The notes: generated by a model from the sequence alone, not told the origin. A stretch of 64,000 nucleotides of DNA from Candidatus Hydrogenedentota bacterium (GCA_045863335.1 BTVY01000006.1:1-64000), one strand, 5' to 3'; counted from the stretch's first letter, positions 50,182 through 58,726 are shown. Numbers and translations are program-made.

Positions 50182-52278
50182 TCACAACACCCCCTCCGCC
50201 TCCTTCGCGCCTCCCTTGTCTACGGTGAAGACCGCGAACTCCCCATCCTCGCCTTGGACGGCCACTCGCGTCTCCTCGCCGACGCGTAGGGAAAACCCCG
50301 GCAGCGACACGGTGGCGCCGGTGTCTTGGATTACGGCGTCGGTGGTTTTGGCGGGGGTGTCGTTTTCGAGGAGGTGGTAGGCGGTGATGAACCAGGCGTC
50401 GCGGCCTTGTTGGCGGCGGAGGAGCATGGGGAGGCGTTCGGGCATGTTGGGTCCGAAGCCTTCGCCGTAGAAGGCGGCGGACGCGTCGAGGAAGCGCAGG
50501 GCGATGCGCGAGTTGCCGCCGGTGTTTAGCGTGGCGGTGTCGAGCCGTTCGGGGTAGCGTTTCGTGTTCTTGAGCAGCGTGTAGGGGCCTTTGTCGCCGA
50601 TGGCGTCGACGGCTTCGCCTTCGGGCAGGCCGGTCAACGTGCCGCGGAAATGGAGGGGCAGATCGAAGGTGGCGTCCTCTTCGGAGGTGCAGTGGACCAC
50701 GTCGAGCAGGACGTTCCCGGCGAGGCAGAGGGCGCGGTCGATCGTGACGCCCTTGTAGGCGCCGTCGCAGGTGGCGCGGACGACGGCGAAATCCTCGGTG
50801 ACGCCGAAGGCCTGGAGTTTGCACGGCACTTTCTTCTGCGAGGTTTCGTTCACGACTACCGTGTTGTGGGCGAGGGTCTGGGTGAACCAGCCGCGGTGCA
50901 AGGGGTTGCCGTAGGGCAGGCGGCCGGGATCGACGAGGCGTTCGTCGCCGTGGGCGTAGAGGATGAGGCCGAGCTTCGCGGGATGGACGTGGCCCGAGGT
51001 GCCGGGACCGTAGTCGAAGAAGACGGCCGTCTGCCCCGACGCGTCGCGGAGCACGGCGAGCCCGTCGGAGGGATCGTTGGTCGAGCGCAGGCGCAGACGC
51101 GTAGGCCGATCCTCCGGCAGGGCATCGACGCCCCAAAGCAGGGCCTGTTCCGAATTGCGCGGACCGAGCAGCGGCAGGTAGGCCGGGTCCTCGAAGCGGC
51201 GGTAGGCGACCTCGTACTGATCGCGCTGTCCCGTGATGGACGAACGCCCGCTGTCGTTCAGCGCAGGATACGTGAGGTCGGGGAAAAGCTGGCGCAGGGG
51301 TCCGTCAAACATCTTCTTCACCGGCGGCAGCGCGTAGAGGTCCATGCCCGCGCGTGCGGCCGCTTCCAACAGGTAGAGGTGCGCCAACATCGCGTACCAG
51401 TGATAACTCGGCGCGGCTTCATACCACATGCCGCTGTCCGTCACGCTTTTCTCCATCTGGAAGACAAAGCCGCTCTTGCCGTTCACGGCCCAATCGGCCA
51501 ATTCCGCGTCACCCATGACGAAGGCCGCCGACGCGACGCCGGCGTTGTGCCAGGACTGCCAGTTCGAGATGCCGGCGTCGTTTCGGCGAATCGTGTCGAT
51601 CAGGGGCCGCAAGAAATGCGTCTCGATTCTCGCGTGATCCTCCGGCGTAAAGCAGGGCGCGTCGTGGACGAAATCGTATCCCCGTGCGATCCGGCACAAT
51701 CCGACCGACTCATCCAGCGTCTGCGCGAAGAGACGTCCGGCCGACTTCGCTTGCTTGCCGTCCTTGTCATGAAGCGGCAGCGATTCGTAGAAGGACGCAT
51801 ATTCGAGCAGGATCGCCTTCGCCCGCTCTGCGTATTCCGGTTGCGGATTCAGCACATACGCGATTCCGAGCGCGTCGAGTTGACTGAAATTGCGGTTGTG
51901 CTGGTAGGTGAATACCACGTCGTCGTACGGCCAGCCTGTGTAGAGCGTGCCGCAGGTCTTGCACACGTGTTCCGTCGGCGACTTCGCTTCCAGACCGCCG
52001 CCGTCCTTCTCGCAAGTGTACCAATGCGACCACTGCCCGCCCTGGTGCGGAATGTCGATGGGCTGCGCGAGCAAGGCGTCCGCCTGGGCGACGATTCGCC
52101 CCGCGACTTCCCTGGCCCAATCCAGATTCGCGGCGCGGTCGCGAACCTGCGCCACCTCCTCCTGGGTAAGAAACGCGCGGGGATGCGGGCCCGCCGCCAC
52201 CTGGGCCGGCACGGGCTCAAAGGGCGCTTGCGCGTGAAGCGTGGACAGGATGACTGCGAGCGATGCGACGAGGTGCAT
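50182..52278 (-). CDS. Secreted alginate-lyase/heparinase II-III domain polysaccharide lyase (PL15/17-like)
   Basis: Signal peptide, HPR, SNWQSWHN, GMWYE..SYHWY, P..NDS, GHVHP.KL, HNTVVVNE. Start 52278 (ATG) or 52290 (GTG). Confidence 0.8.
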   Translation of the reverse strand: MHLVASLAVILSTLHAQAPFEPVPAQVAAGPHPRAFLTQEEVAQVRDRAANLDWAREVAGRIVAQADALLAQPIDIPHQGGQWSHWYTCEKDGGGLEAKSPTEHVCKTCGTLYTGWPYDDVVFTYQHNRNFSQLDALGIAYVLNPQPEYAERAKAILLEYASFYESLPLHDKDGKQAKSAGRLFAQTLDESVGLCRIARGYDFVHDAPCFTPEDHARIETHFLRPLIDTIRRNDAGISNWQSWHNAGVASAAFVMGDAELADWAVNGKSGFVFQMEKSVTDSGMWYEAAPSYHWYAMLAHLYLLEAAARAGMDLYALPPVKKMFDGPLRQLFPDLTYPALNDSGRSSITGQRDQYEVAYRRFEDPAYLPLLGPRNSEQALLWGVDALPEDRPTRLRLRSTNDPSDGLAVLRDASGQTAVFFDYGPGTSGHVHPAKLGLILYAHGDERLVDPGRLPYGNPLHRGWFTQTLAHNTVVVNETSQKKVPCKLQAFGVTEDFAVVRATCDGAYKGVTIDRALCLAGNVLLDVVHCTSEEDATFDLPLHFRGTLTGLPEGEAVDAIGDKGPYTLLKNTKRYPERLDTATLNTGGNSRIALRFLDASAAFYGEGFGPNMPERLPMLLRRQQGRDAWFITAYHLLENDTPAKTTDAVIQDTGATVSLPGFSLRVGEETRVAVQGEDGEFAVFTVDKGGAKEAEGVL

Positions 52279-52381
52279 GAGTAACTCCACGATAACGGTT
52301 GGTTCACGATCTCTTCGTGAAAGGTTCGCAGGGCGGGCCCTGCGGATTCAAGGAAAGACGGGAAATTGGATCCTTGTCGCG

Positions 52382-52406
52382 ACGGGCTGCAAAACCCGCC
52401 CTCCTC
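52382..52406. repeat. REP-like palindrome just downstream of the ATP-grasp gene
   Basis: ACGGGCTGCAAAACCCGCCCTCCTC resembles 39877-39903. Confidence 0.45.
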
Positions 52407-52413
52407 GGAAAAT

Positions 52414-53355
52414 TCAGGGCGAAGTCAGCAGATACTGCGCGAGGGGACCGGCCACGTCTTGACCGGTTTTCTCTTCGAAGACGGCGAACATGGGCGAGGG
52501 ATTGCATTCGAGCACCACAAAGCCGGACGCAGTGCGGATGAGGTCGACGCCGGAGAATCGCATGGAGCAGGCACGGGCGGCGGCCACGGCGGCGCGCCGT
52601 TCGTGTGCCGTCAGCCGGGTCGAAAGGACCGCATCTTCGCCGCGACGGTAGTCGAGTTCCCGGGAATGGATCTCGCCCGCGGCGACGACTTTGTTGCCGA
52701 CCACGTAGACGCGAACGGAGGTTCCTTCGACGAGTTCCTGAAACAACACCGGCGCATAGGCGAGGGCGGCGAGGCGTTCGTCATCGAGATCGCTGGCTTC
52801 GACTTCCTGGACTGTCGCGCCGCCTGCCAGTGGTTTGTAGACGGCGCGTTTCGCGCGGCGAACGAAGGCGCGCACGGCCTTGGGATCGTTGCTGGCCAGA
52901 AACCGGGGCACGGGCAACCCCGCGTCGCGGAGCAGCCGCAACTGGTACGGCTTGCGTCCGTGTTGCGCGTTCACGTCCGGCGGATTGACAAGGCGCGCGC
53001 CGCGGGCTTCGAGCGCCACGACGGCGGACACCATGAGGGCGCCGCATTCGTCCAGCTGGGCCAGCAGACCGTGGGGGCGTTGTTTCAATTCCTTCGCGAG
53101 TTCGGGCACACGGTAGCTGGTCCCGAGCGAGCGGAGATAAACGGACCGCACCTCCGCAGGCAGAGTCTTGCCGTTGACGCGTATCCGGTCCTCGTCGACC
53201 GACACTCGAGCCGACTCAGGGAACGCGACGCTGTCGCACAGAAACGACCGGCCACCCCGGTGGGCGATCTCCGCTCGAACCCGGCGAATCTGCGGGTCGC
53301 CCTTGGCGCCAAAAAGGGCGACCCATGCGCTATGGGTACCCCGCGCCGCGCTCAG
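52414..53355 (-). CDS. RimK-like ATP-grasp ligase, graspetide synthetase (PsnB-like)
   Basis: VNP, KPYQL, PVPRFLASND, VYKPLAGG, LFQELVEG, VRVYVVG, DYR, FSGVDL, LECNPSPMF. The frame stays open 150 nt upstream of the track start (WVALFGAKGDPQIRRV...) up to a CTG overlapping the precursor stop. Confidence 0.85.
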   Translation of the reverse strand: MSAARGTHSAWVALFGAKGDPQIRRVRAEIAHRGGRSFLCDSVAFPESARVSVDEDRIRVNGKTLPAEVRSVYLRSLGTSYRVPELAKELKQRPHGLLAQLDECGALMVSAVVALEARGARLVNPPDVNAQHGRKPYQLRLLRDAGLPVPRFLASNDPKAVRAFVRRAKRAVYKPLAGGATVQEVEASDLDDERLAALAYAPVLFQELVEGTSVRVYVVGNKVVAAGEIHSRELDYRRGEDAVLSTRLTAHERRAAVAAARACSMRFSGVDLIRTASGFVVLECNPSPMFAVFEEKTGQDVAGPLAQYLLTSP

Positions 53356-53513
53356 GCTTCCTCACCCAGCGCCAGGGTGGTCACGCCACCGCCTTTCCAC
53401 CAGGCTTCTTCGCCGACCGCCAGGGTCGTCGCTTTGCCTTTGGCCGCGGGCGCGGGAAGCTCGAGTTCACGGATGAACAGTCTTGGTTTGGTAACGTTTT
53501 TGGTCCGCTTCAC
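53352..53513 (-). CDS. Group 2 (plesiocin-type) graspetide precursor peptide, 53 aa
   Basis: Translated by hand: MKRTKNVTKPRLFIRELELPAPAAKGKATTLAVGEEAWWKGGGVTTLALGEEA*. GTG start 8 nt after GGGAG (alternative ATG 53528). LFIxxL leader plus 2 x TTxxxxEE. Confidence 0.88.
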   Translation of the reverse strand: MKRTKNVTKPRLFIRELELPAPAAKGKATTLAVGEEAWWKGGGVTTLALGEEA

Positions 53514-53740
53514 GACATCTACTCCCATCGTGTTCCATATGCGATCTCAATTCGGGGATAGCTCCTCCAAACTTACCGGCGAAAGGGCTGGGCATTACAG
53601 AATCCGTCCGCCGACTATGCCATGCAAGTGACGGAATGCACGCGTGTTATTTGTTACGATGCACCCTTGGCGAAATGAGTCGTAACGTCTCAAGTCGGAA
53701 CAACGTCTCTCATTTCCACAGTTGTCGGAATTTGTCTCTC

Positions 53741-54577
53741 ATGAAATTGCGCTTCCAGAAACGGTATTTCCTCGCAGGTTGTCTTTCCGCGCTTCTCGGA
53801 ATCGCGGCATTGGCCGCGATCGCCTTTGCCATGGCCATGGGCGACGATGAAGGCATTCCGCGGGCGACAATTGCCGACACTCAGGGTCGTAGTATCAGCT
53901 ACCTACATGCGGGCGAGTCCGCCTCACAACGAATCATCTACGTGCACGGTTCGCCGGGGAATGCGCGCGCGTGGCTGGACTACCTCAAAAACCCAATTTC
54001 CGGATTTCAGTCCATCGCGCTTGATCGACCGGGGTTCGGTCAGACCCTGCCCGCGGGTCCCGCGCCAACACTGCAATCGCAAGCCGCGGCGATCGAGCCC
54101 TTCCTTGTCGAACGTGACGGCAAATGGCCGATCCTGGTGGGGCAATCGTTTGGCGGGACTGTCGTGTGCCAGGCTGCCGCAGACTTTCCGGACAGGGTCG
54201 GGGGGCTTGTGGTCCTTTCGGGCGCGTTAGACCCCGCGCTGGAGCGAAAGCGCTGGTATCAGCAGGTCGGAGAGTTCTGGTTTGTGCCAAACCTGCTGCC
54301 GCGCCCGCTTCGGAATTCCAATCGCGAGTTGATTCCGCTGAAAGGCGAGTTGGAGGAGTTGGCCCCGCGGCTTGCGACGATAACGAGCCCCGCAATCATC
54401 TTGCACGGCACGGAGGACGATCTGGTACCCGTCTCGAACGTGGACTTTCTCCAGAGCCATCTACCCTCGGAATCCATTCGGGAGATCCGGTTGTTCGAGG
54501 GGCGGAATCATCTGATCCCGTGGTCGGAATCAGAGGCCATCCGCGAGGCTATCCAGACGGTGGCGGTTGGTTCATGA
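53741..54577 (+). CDS. Membrane-anchored alpha/beta-hydrolase
   Basis: N-terminal TM, VHGSPG, DRPGFG, nucleophile GQSFGG, HGTEDDLVP, NHLIPW. Confidence 0.85.
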   Translation: MKLRFQKRYFLAGCLSALLGIAALAAIAFAMAMGDDEGIPRATIADTQGRSISYLHAGESASQRIIYVHGSPGNARAWLDYLKNPISGFQSIALDRPGFGQTLPAGPAPTLQSQAAAIEPFLVERDGKWPILVGQSFGGTVVCQAAADFPDRVGGLVVLSGALDPALERKRWYQQVGEFWFVPNLLPRPLRNSNRELIPLKGELEELAPRLATITSPAIILHGTEDDLVPVSNVDFLQSHLPSESIREIRLFEGRNHLIPWSESEAIREAIQTVAVGS

Positions 54578-54595
54578 GGAACGATTCAAGACCGC

Positions 54596-54628
54596 CACCC
54601 CAGCCCTCCCCGTGAACGGGGAGGGAGC
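54596..54628. repeat. REP-like hairpin between convergent genes
   Basis: CACCCCAG-CCCTCCCCG-TGAA-CGGGGAGGG-AGC. Confidence 0.65.
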
Positions 54629-54671
54629 AAGATCTCATTCCCGCGCCACCGATATCAACTCTATTTAGGCG

Positions 54672-55529
54672 CTATTCCAGACTTGCAAGACCATCGAGGA
54701 ACCATCGCTGGGCCGGAAATTGGCCCTCCCTCAGGAATACTACATGGCCGTCCAGGTAGAGCACGTTGATGCCGCCAGGGATGTGGTGCTCCAGGGAGCG
54801 GTCGAACATGATGGGAATCTGGTCGGCCCGAACGGGCAACCCCATGCCCGAGCTGTCCTTCAGCCGCACAAAGTGGTCCGTGCCGGCCGTACCGGCTCCC
54901 GCTGCTGCCACGAGATCGCCTTCGAATCCGCCGCCGCTTTGCTGTTGCTGACGGTAGGCGTCAATAAATGCGCGCGCTTCGGTCTCGTTCGTGACGGCAT
55001 AGCCGAGGTAGAAGTAGCTCTCGTCACCAATGGTCTCCGGTGTTTCCATCACCTGCGTCACATCGGAATCGCTGGGGCAATTGAAGATACTCGGGGTGGC
55101 CAGATACTCCGGGTAGATTGCGCTCGCCGAGGGCGCAAACTCGCCCGGCACATCCGACAGCGGCGGAAGCGCGTGGTCGTGCTCATTCGCCCACATCATG
55201 TAGACGAGGCCCATCTGCTTGAGGTTGTTCTGGCATGACGCCCTGCGCGCCGCCTCGCGCGCCCGCGCGAGAGCCGGGAGCAGGATTGCCGCCAGAATAC
55301 CAACGACGACAAATAACCCGACCACACCCACGGCGCCGAGAATTGCGGCGATCAGGCACCCGTTCTGATTGCCGGAAGTTTTTCTCGGCCTGCCGGGCAA
55401 GGGTGCGCCCACCCGAGGCGGCGGCTGATAGCGCTGGTCTCCGGGGGGAATCGGAGGCTTCGGTGGATTGCTATCCGCCAGAAGGGGAATCGTTCGCTGG
55501 TATCCGGCTTCGGGTGTGCTGTCGGTCAT
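54672..55529 (-). CDS. DUF1559 / H-X9-DG protein lacking a prepilin cleavage site
   Basis: [49 protein letters not shown]; Pro-rich N-terminus plus TM. Start ATG 55529. Confidence 0.85.
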   Translation of the reverse strand: MTDSTPEAGYQRTIPLLADSNPPKPPIPPGDQRYQPPPRVGAPLPGRPRKTSGNQNGCLIAAILGAVGVVGLFVVVGILAAILLPALARAREAARRASCQNNLKQMGLVYMMWANEHDHALPPLSDVPGEFAPSASAIYPEYLATPSIFNCPSDSDVTQVMETPETIGDESYFYLGYAVTNETEARAFIDAYRQQQQSGGGFEGDLVAAAGAGTAGTDHFVRLKDSSGMGLPVRADQIPIMFDRSLEHHIPGGINVLYLDGHVVFLREGQFPAQRWFLDGLASLE

Positions 55530-55614
55530 GCTGCTTCTCCCTCCATCCGCGACATGCCCCCACGTGTGCTCGTGCACCATGATACCAAATCACCGGGCCG
55601 CAGCGAAGAGGGAA

Positions 55615-55645
55615 GGGGCCGCCACCCGCGTTGGGCGACGACCCC
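55615..55645 (-). terminator. Putative terminator hairpin after the prepilin-like gene
   Basis: Minus strand GGGGTCGTCGCCC-AACGC-GGGTGGCGGCCCC followed by a pyrimidine tract. Confidence 0.45.
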
Positions 55646-55678
55646 GGGAAAAGGGCACTGCAGTTAGGCCGTTGAAGT

Positions 55679-56575
55679 TTAGAATCCGTCGAAGGGTCGG
55701 TTGAAGCGCCCGAAGGTGCGTGCGCTGTCCTCCGTCATGGGGAACTTCTCACTGGGATACCGTAAGAAATTCACGTGACCATCCAGATACAGCACGTTTC
55801 CACCTCCCGGTACGTGGGCGAAGTCCTTCGTAGCCGTCGAGATGTGGTCCCACACGATGGGAATTTCGCTGGATGCCTGGGCGCTGCCCGCGGGATTGTT
55901 GATGTCGGTGATCAGGAAACGTTCCACGCCTTGACGGAGCCGCAGGATAGTATCGCCACCGCCGACCTGAGTACCGGCGTACGTTGACGAGACTTCGAAA
56001 TCCTCGTCGCTGGCTTCACCATTTGTATCGAAATTCTCTTGGGCCAATTCACCCCAAGGAGTATTCATATACTCCGCTTCCGAGAACCGGCCGCCCACAT
56101 CGGAACCCACCGTGCCGACAAGGGGTCCGAGGATGTTGACGTCCTCGGTGATGAGCCAGCCGGTGTAGTCATAGGGCTCCTTGGTGAACTCGCAGGGCTG
56201 CACGATGCCGTCGTCATTTCCTTTCTCCGCGTCGTAGCGCGCAACTGGGTTCGCTTGGGCGCCCCAGGAAGGACACCAGACGACGTTCACGTCCGTAAGG
56301 TACTCCGGATACACGGCAGGCCCGCTGAAGATCATCTCGGGGCTGAGGGCTCCGCTGCAGGTGAAGGTCTGGCGCGGCGGCAGTTTCTGGCCTTTGCTCT
56401 CATTGGAGTACATGGTGAGCACAAGCCCGATCTGTTTCAGGTTGTTCTGGCAGCTCGCGCGACGCGCGGCTTCGCGTGCACGGGCCAGAGCCGGCAACAA
56501 AATCGCCGCCAGAATACCGATGATGGCAATGACGACGAGCAATTCAATGAGGGTAAACCCGAGAGAGCGTTTCAT
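55679..56575 (-). CDS. Prepilin-type N-terminal cleavage/methylation DUF1559 / H-X9-DG protein
   Basis: MKRSLG|[42 protein letters not shown]; [15 protein letters not shown]. Confidence 0.92.
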   Translation of the reverse strand: MKRSLGFTLIELLVVIAIIGILAAILLPALARAREAARRASCQNNLKQIGLVLTMYSNESKGQKLPPRQTFTCSGALSPEMIFSGPAVYPEYLTDVNVVWCPSWGAQANPVARYDAEKGNDDGIVQPCEFTKEPYDYTGWLITEDVNILGPLVGTVGSDVGGRFSEAEYMNTPWGELAQENFDTNGEASDEDFEVSSTYAGTQVGGGDTILRLRQGVERFLITDINNPAGSAQASSEIPIVWDHISTATKDFAHVPGGGNVLYLDGHVNFLRYPSEKFPMTEDSARTFGRFNRPFDGF

Positions 56576-56665
56576 GGCGCACAATCCTTTCAATTCAGTC
56601 AAGACGAAGACAACCCCACGTCGAGCAAGCGCACATAACGCATGTTTTGTATGCTGAACAAAAGG

Positions 56666-56765
56666 ATTATGCAATAAGGTTATGCTCTAAGTCAATATTA
56701 AAATTTTCCCTGCATGAGCATGCGGTCTGTCAACATGACCACTTAAATCAAGTTGTTACGTAACA
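56666..56765 (-). promoter_or_regulatory. Sigma70 promoter with upstream IHF-like site and palindrome
   Basis: Minus strand TTGACT-18-CATAAT (56695-56666); AATCAAGTTGTTA (56746-56758) matches WATCAANNNNTTR; perfect palindrome TGTTACGTAACA (56754-56765). Confidence 0.5.
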
Positions 56766-56806
56766 GCACTTTAGAGGAATGTCCCGGAATGCGCCGAAGG
56801 CTCCGG

Positions 56807-57760
56807 TCAGGTGAAAAGAATTCCAAGCATACCCAGAAGGAATACTTCGAGAAACTTCTCGAATATCCCCGCCACGATGCTTGCCACCGGGAATCGGAAA
56901 AGATCGCCCCATTCGAACCCATAGATGGTGAAGACCAGGATGGCGACAAAGATCCCACCCATAATTGGAACGAACCACAGAAGCGCAGCCGCGACCGCGA
57001 CCGGGGTCAATGCGATGAGATTCAATACGAACGTGTCGTTTGGAAGGCGGTTGCTCCAGCTCAGGAAGAGGTAGAGACCCAGAAAGACGCCGAAAAACTG
57101 GGTGAACGCGTTGACGGCGTAGAATACGTAGCCGGCCACCGGTTGGACCGTGGGGGTATCCGCGGCGGGAGCCTCCCGGCTGGCTTCCGGCACGTCGAAT
57201 CCGGACGTCACGAAGACGAGCGCGGCAAGCACCACGACCGCGATCCCAGCGTAGAGTGCGACCTTTTGCATGGTCTCTTCGGAAGGCCAGTTCTTCTCCA
57301 GCCACGAACGATCGTCTTCTGCGGGTTCCATCGTTGGCGCGGGAAGAGGGTCTTCATTCTTTTCGAGACGCATCGTATCGATTGGCGCCACGAACCCGGA
57401 GGAAGGATCCTCCGGGTCGGCTTGCTGGACGAGATTCACGCAGATGTTGCAGAGAGTGCCGCTGCCCGTTTGGTGGCGATCCCAATCGCCGCGGAACTCG
57501 CGCCCGCAACGGTCGCAGTGGTGTTTGCCCGCGCGCGGCTTGTCGAGTTGGTTTTCACTGAACAGCGAAGCGTCGTGGCGCGCGGCCTCCTCCGAGACCG
57601 GGATGGACGTCGTGGGCGCTTCAGAGTCGAGGGATCGGCTGTTCTGCCACGAAACGCTGAGGGGCTTGCCGCAGACCGGGCAGGTGGTCTTCATGCCGAT
57701 GGCGAACTCGGACATGACCATTTCGTTACCGCAAGGACAACTCACGCGGATGTTTGTCAC
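56807..57760 (-). CDS. Zinc-ribbon membrane protein
   Basis: CPCG/CPVCG and CDRC/CNIC pairs, a TM helix, and a C-terminal multi-TM domain. Confidence 0.75.
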   Translation of the reverse strand: MTNIRVSCPCGNEMVMSEFAIGMKTTCPVCGKPLSVSWQNSRSLDSEAPTTSIPVSEEAARHDASLFSENQLDKPRAGKHHCDRCGREFRGDWDRHQTGSGTLCNICVNLVQQADPEDPSSGFVAPIDTMRLEKNEDPLPAPTMEPAEDDRSWLEKNWPSEETMQKVALYAGIAVVVLAALVFVTSGFDVPEASREAPAADTPTVQPVAGYVFYAVNAFTQFFGVFLGLYLFLSWSNRLPNDTFVLNLIALTPVAVAAALLWFVPIMGGIFVAILVFTIYGFEWGDLFRFPVASIVAGIFEKFLEVFLLGMLGILFT

Positions 57761-57937
57761 GTTAATACCTCGTTACGTTTCGTTTCGCGATCGGCCTGTC
57801 CATGGAAGTCGGGGATCCAAGTCCTTGAATTCTAGGAGGCCGTGGCGGCAGGTTCAAACGAGACATACGGATTTTTGACTTTCGTCCCCGTCCCGTTATC
57901 CAATTGTGAAATCGGTCAATGCAAGGCGGACCAACTC

Positions 57938-58720
57938 ATGACTTCTACGCATACTGAATGCACCCGCGACGTGTACGATCGCGAAGGTTACGTCGTCTTT
58001 CGCGACGTACTCGACCCCGGCCTCATTGCGGAAGCCGACGCCCATGTCGACTGGTTGCGCGCAAAACATCCGGACCTGCGCCCCGAGAATCTCGGGCACT
58101 GGCTCGTAAAGGAAGACCCGTTCTGGGTTCGGCTCGTCAGCGACGACCGTTTGCTCGACATCGCGGAACAATTCATCGGCCCCGACATCGCCCTCTTCGC
58201 CAGCCACTACATCTGCAAGCCGCCGAAAGACGGCATGCCCGTGCTCTGGCACCAGGACGGCAGCTACTGGCCGCTCGAGCCGATGGAAGTGGTCACGCTC
58301 TGGTTGTCCGTATCCGACTCGACGCCGGAGAACGGGTGCATGCGCGTCATTCCGCGCACGCAACACACCGACCTCCAGGAAATGAAGAAGCGCGAAGACA
58401 TCGCCAGCGTGCTCGGTTCCGGGATGGACGAGTCGCTGGTCGACGTGTCACAGGCGGTGGACATCGTCATGCAACCGGGCGATGTGTCGGTTCACCATCC
58501 GAACGTCATCCACGGCTCCGAGGGCAACACCTCCGGCCGCTGGCGCAAAGGCCTCACGATTCGCTATATCCCGACCACGACCCGCATCACCGACGTGAAG
58601 AAACACATCAGTGCGTTCCACCTCCGCGGCAAAGACGCGGGGCTGAACGAATACAACGAGTTCCCAAAGTACGTCGCAGGCGCGCACATGCCCTTCCGTG
58701 GATGCGAGACCTGGGCGTGA
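57938..58720 (+). CDS. Phytanoyl-CoA dioxygenase (PhyH) family Fe(II)/2OG oxygenase
   Basis: WHQDGSYW, TLWL..DSTPENGCM..IP, HH..HGS..N, R. Confidence 0.9.
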   Translation: MTSTHTECTRDVYDREGYVVFRDVLDPGLIAEADAHVDWLRAKHPDLRPENLGHWLVKEDPFWVRLVSDDRLLDIAEQFIGPDIALFASHYICKPPKDGMPVLWHQDGSYWPLEPMEVVTLWLSVSDSTPENGCMRVIPRTQHTDLQEMKKREDIASVLGSGMDESLVDVSQAVDIVMQPGDVSVHHPNVIHGSEGNTSGRWRKGLTIRYIPTTTRITDVKKHISAFHLRGKDAGLNEYNEFPKYVAGAHMPFRGCETWA

Positions 58721-58726
58721 ATTCCA

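Larger units (their letters stand above)
41530..50190. mobile_element. Putative horizontally acquired defence island (no integrase)
   Basis: Visibly lower GC and relaxed codon usage compared with the flanks; TCACAACAC direct repeat at 41530-41538 and 50182-50190; inserted between convergent genes. Confidence 0.55.

Noticed and set aside
53216-53326. ATG at 53326 as the start of the ATP-grasp ligase
   Set aside because: It is out of frame with the ligase and closes at a TGA after 36 codons.
56620-56655. dif-like site (AGCGCACATAA-CGCATG-TTTTGTATGCT)
   Set aside because: The XerD arm matches too poorly; better explained as AT-rich promoter DNA.
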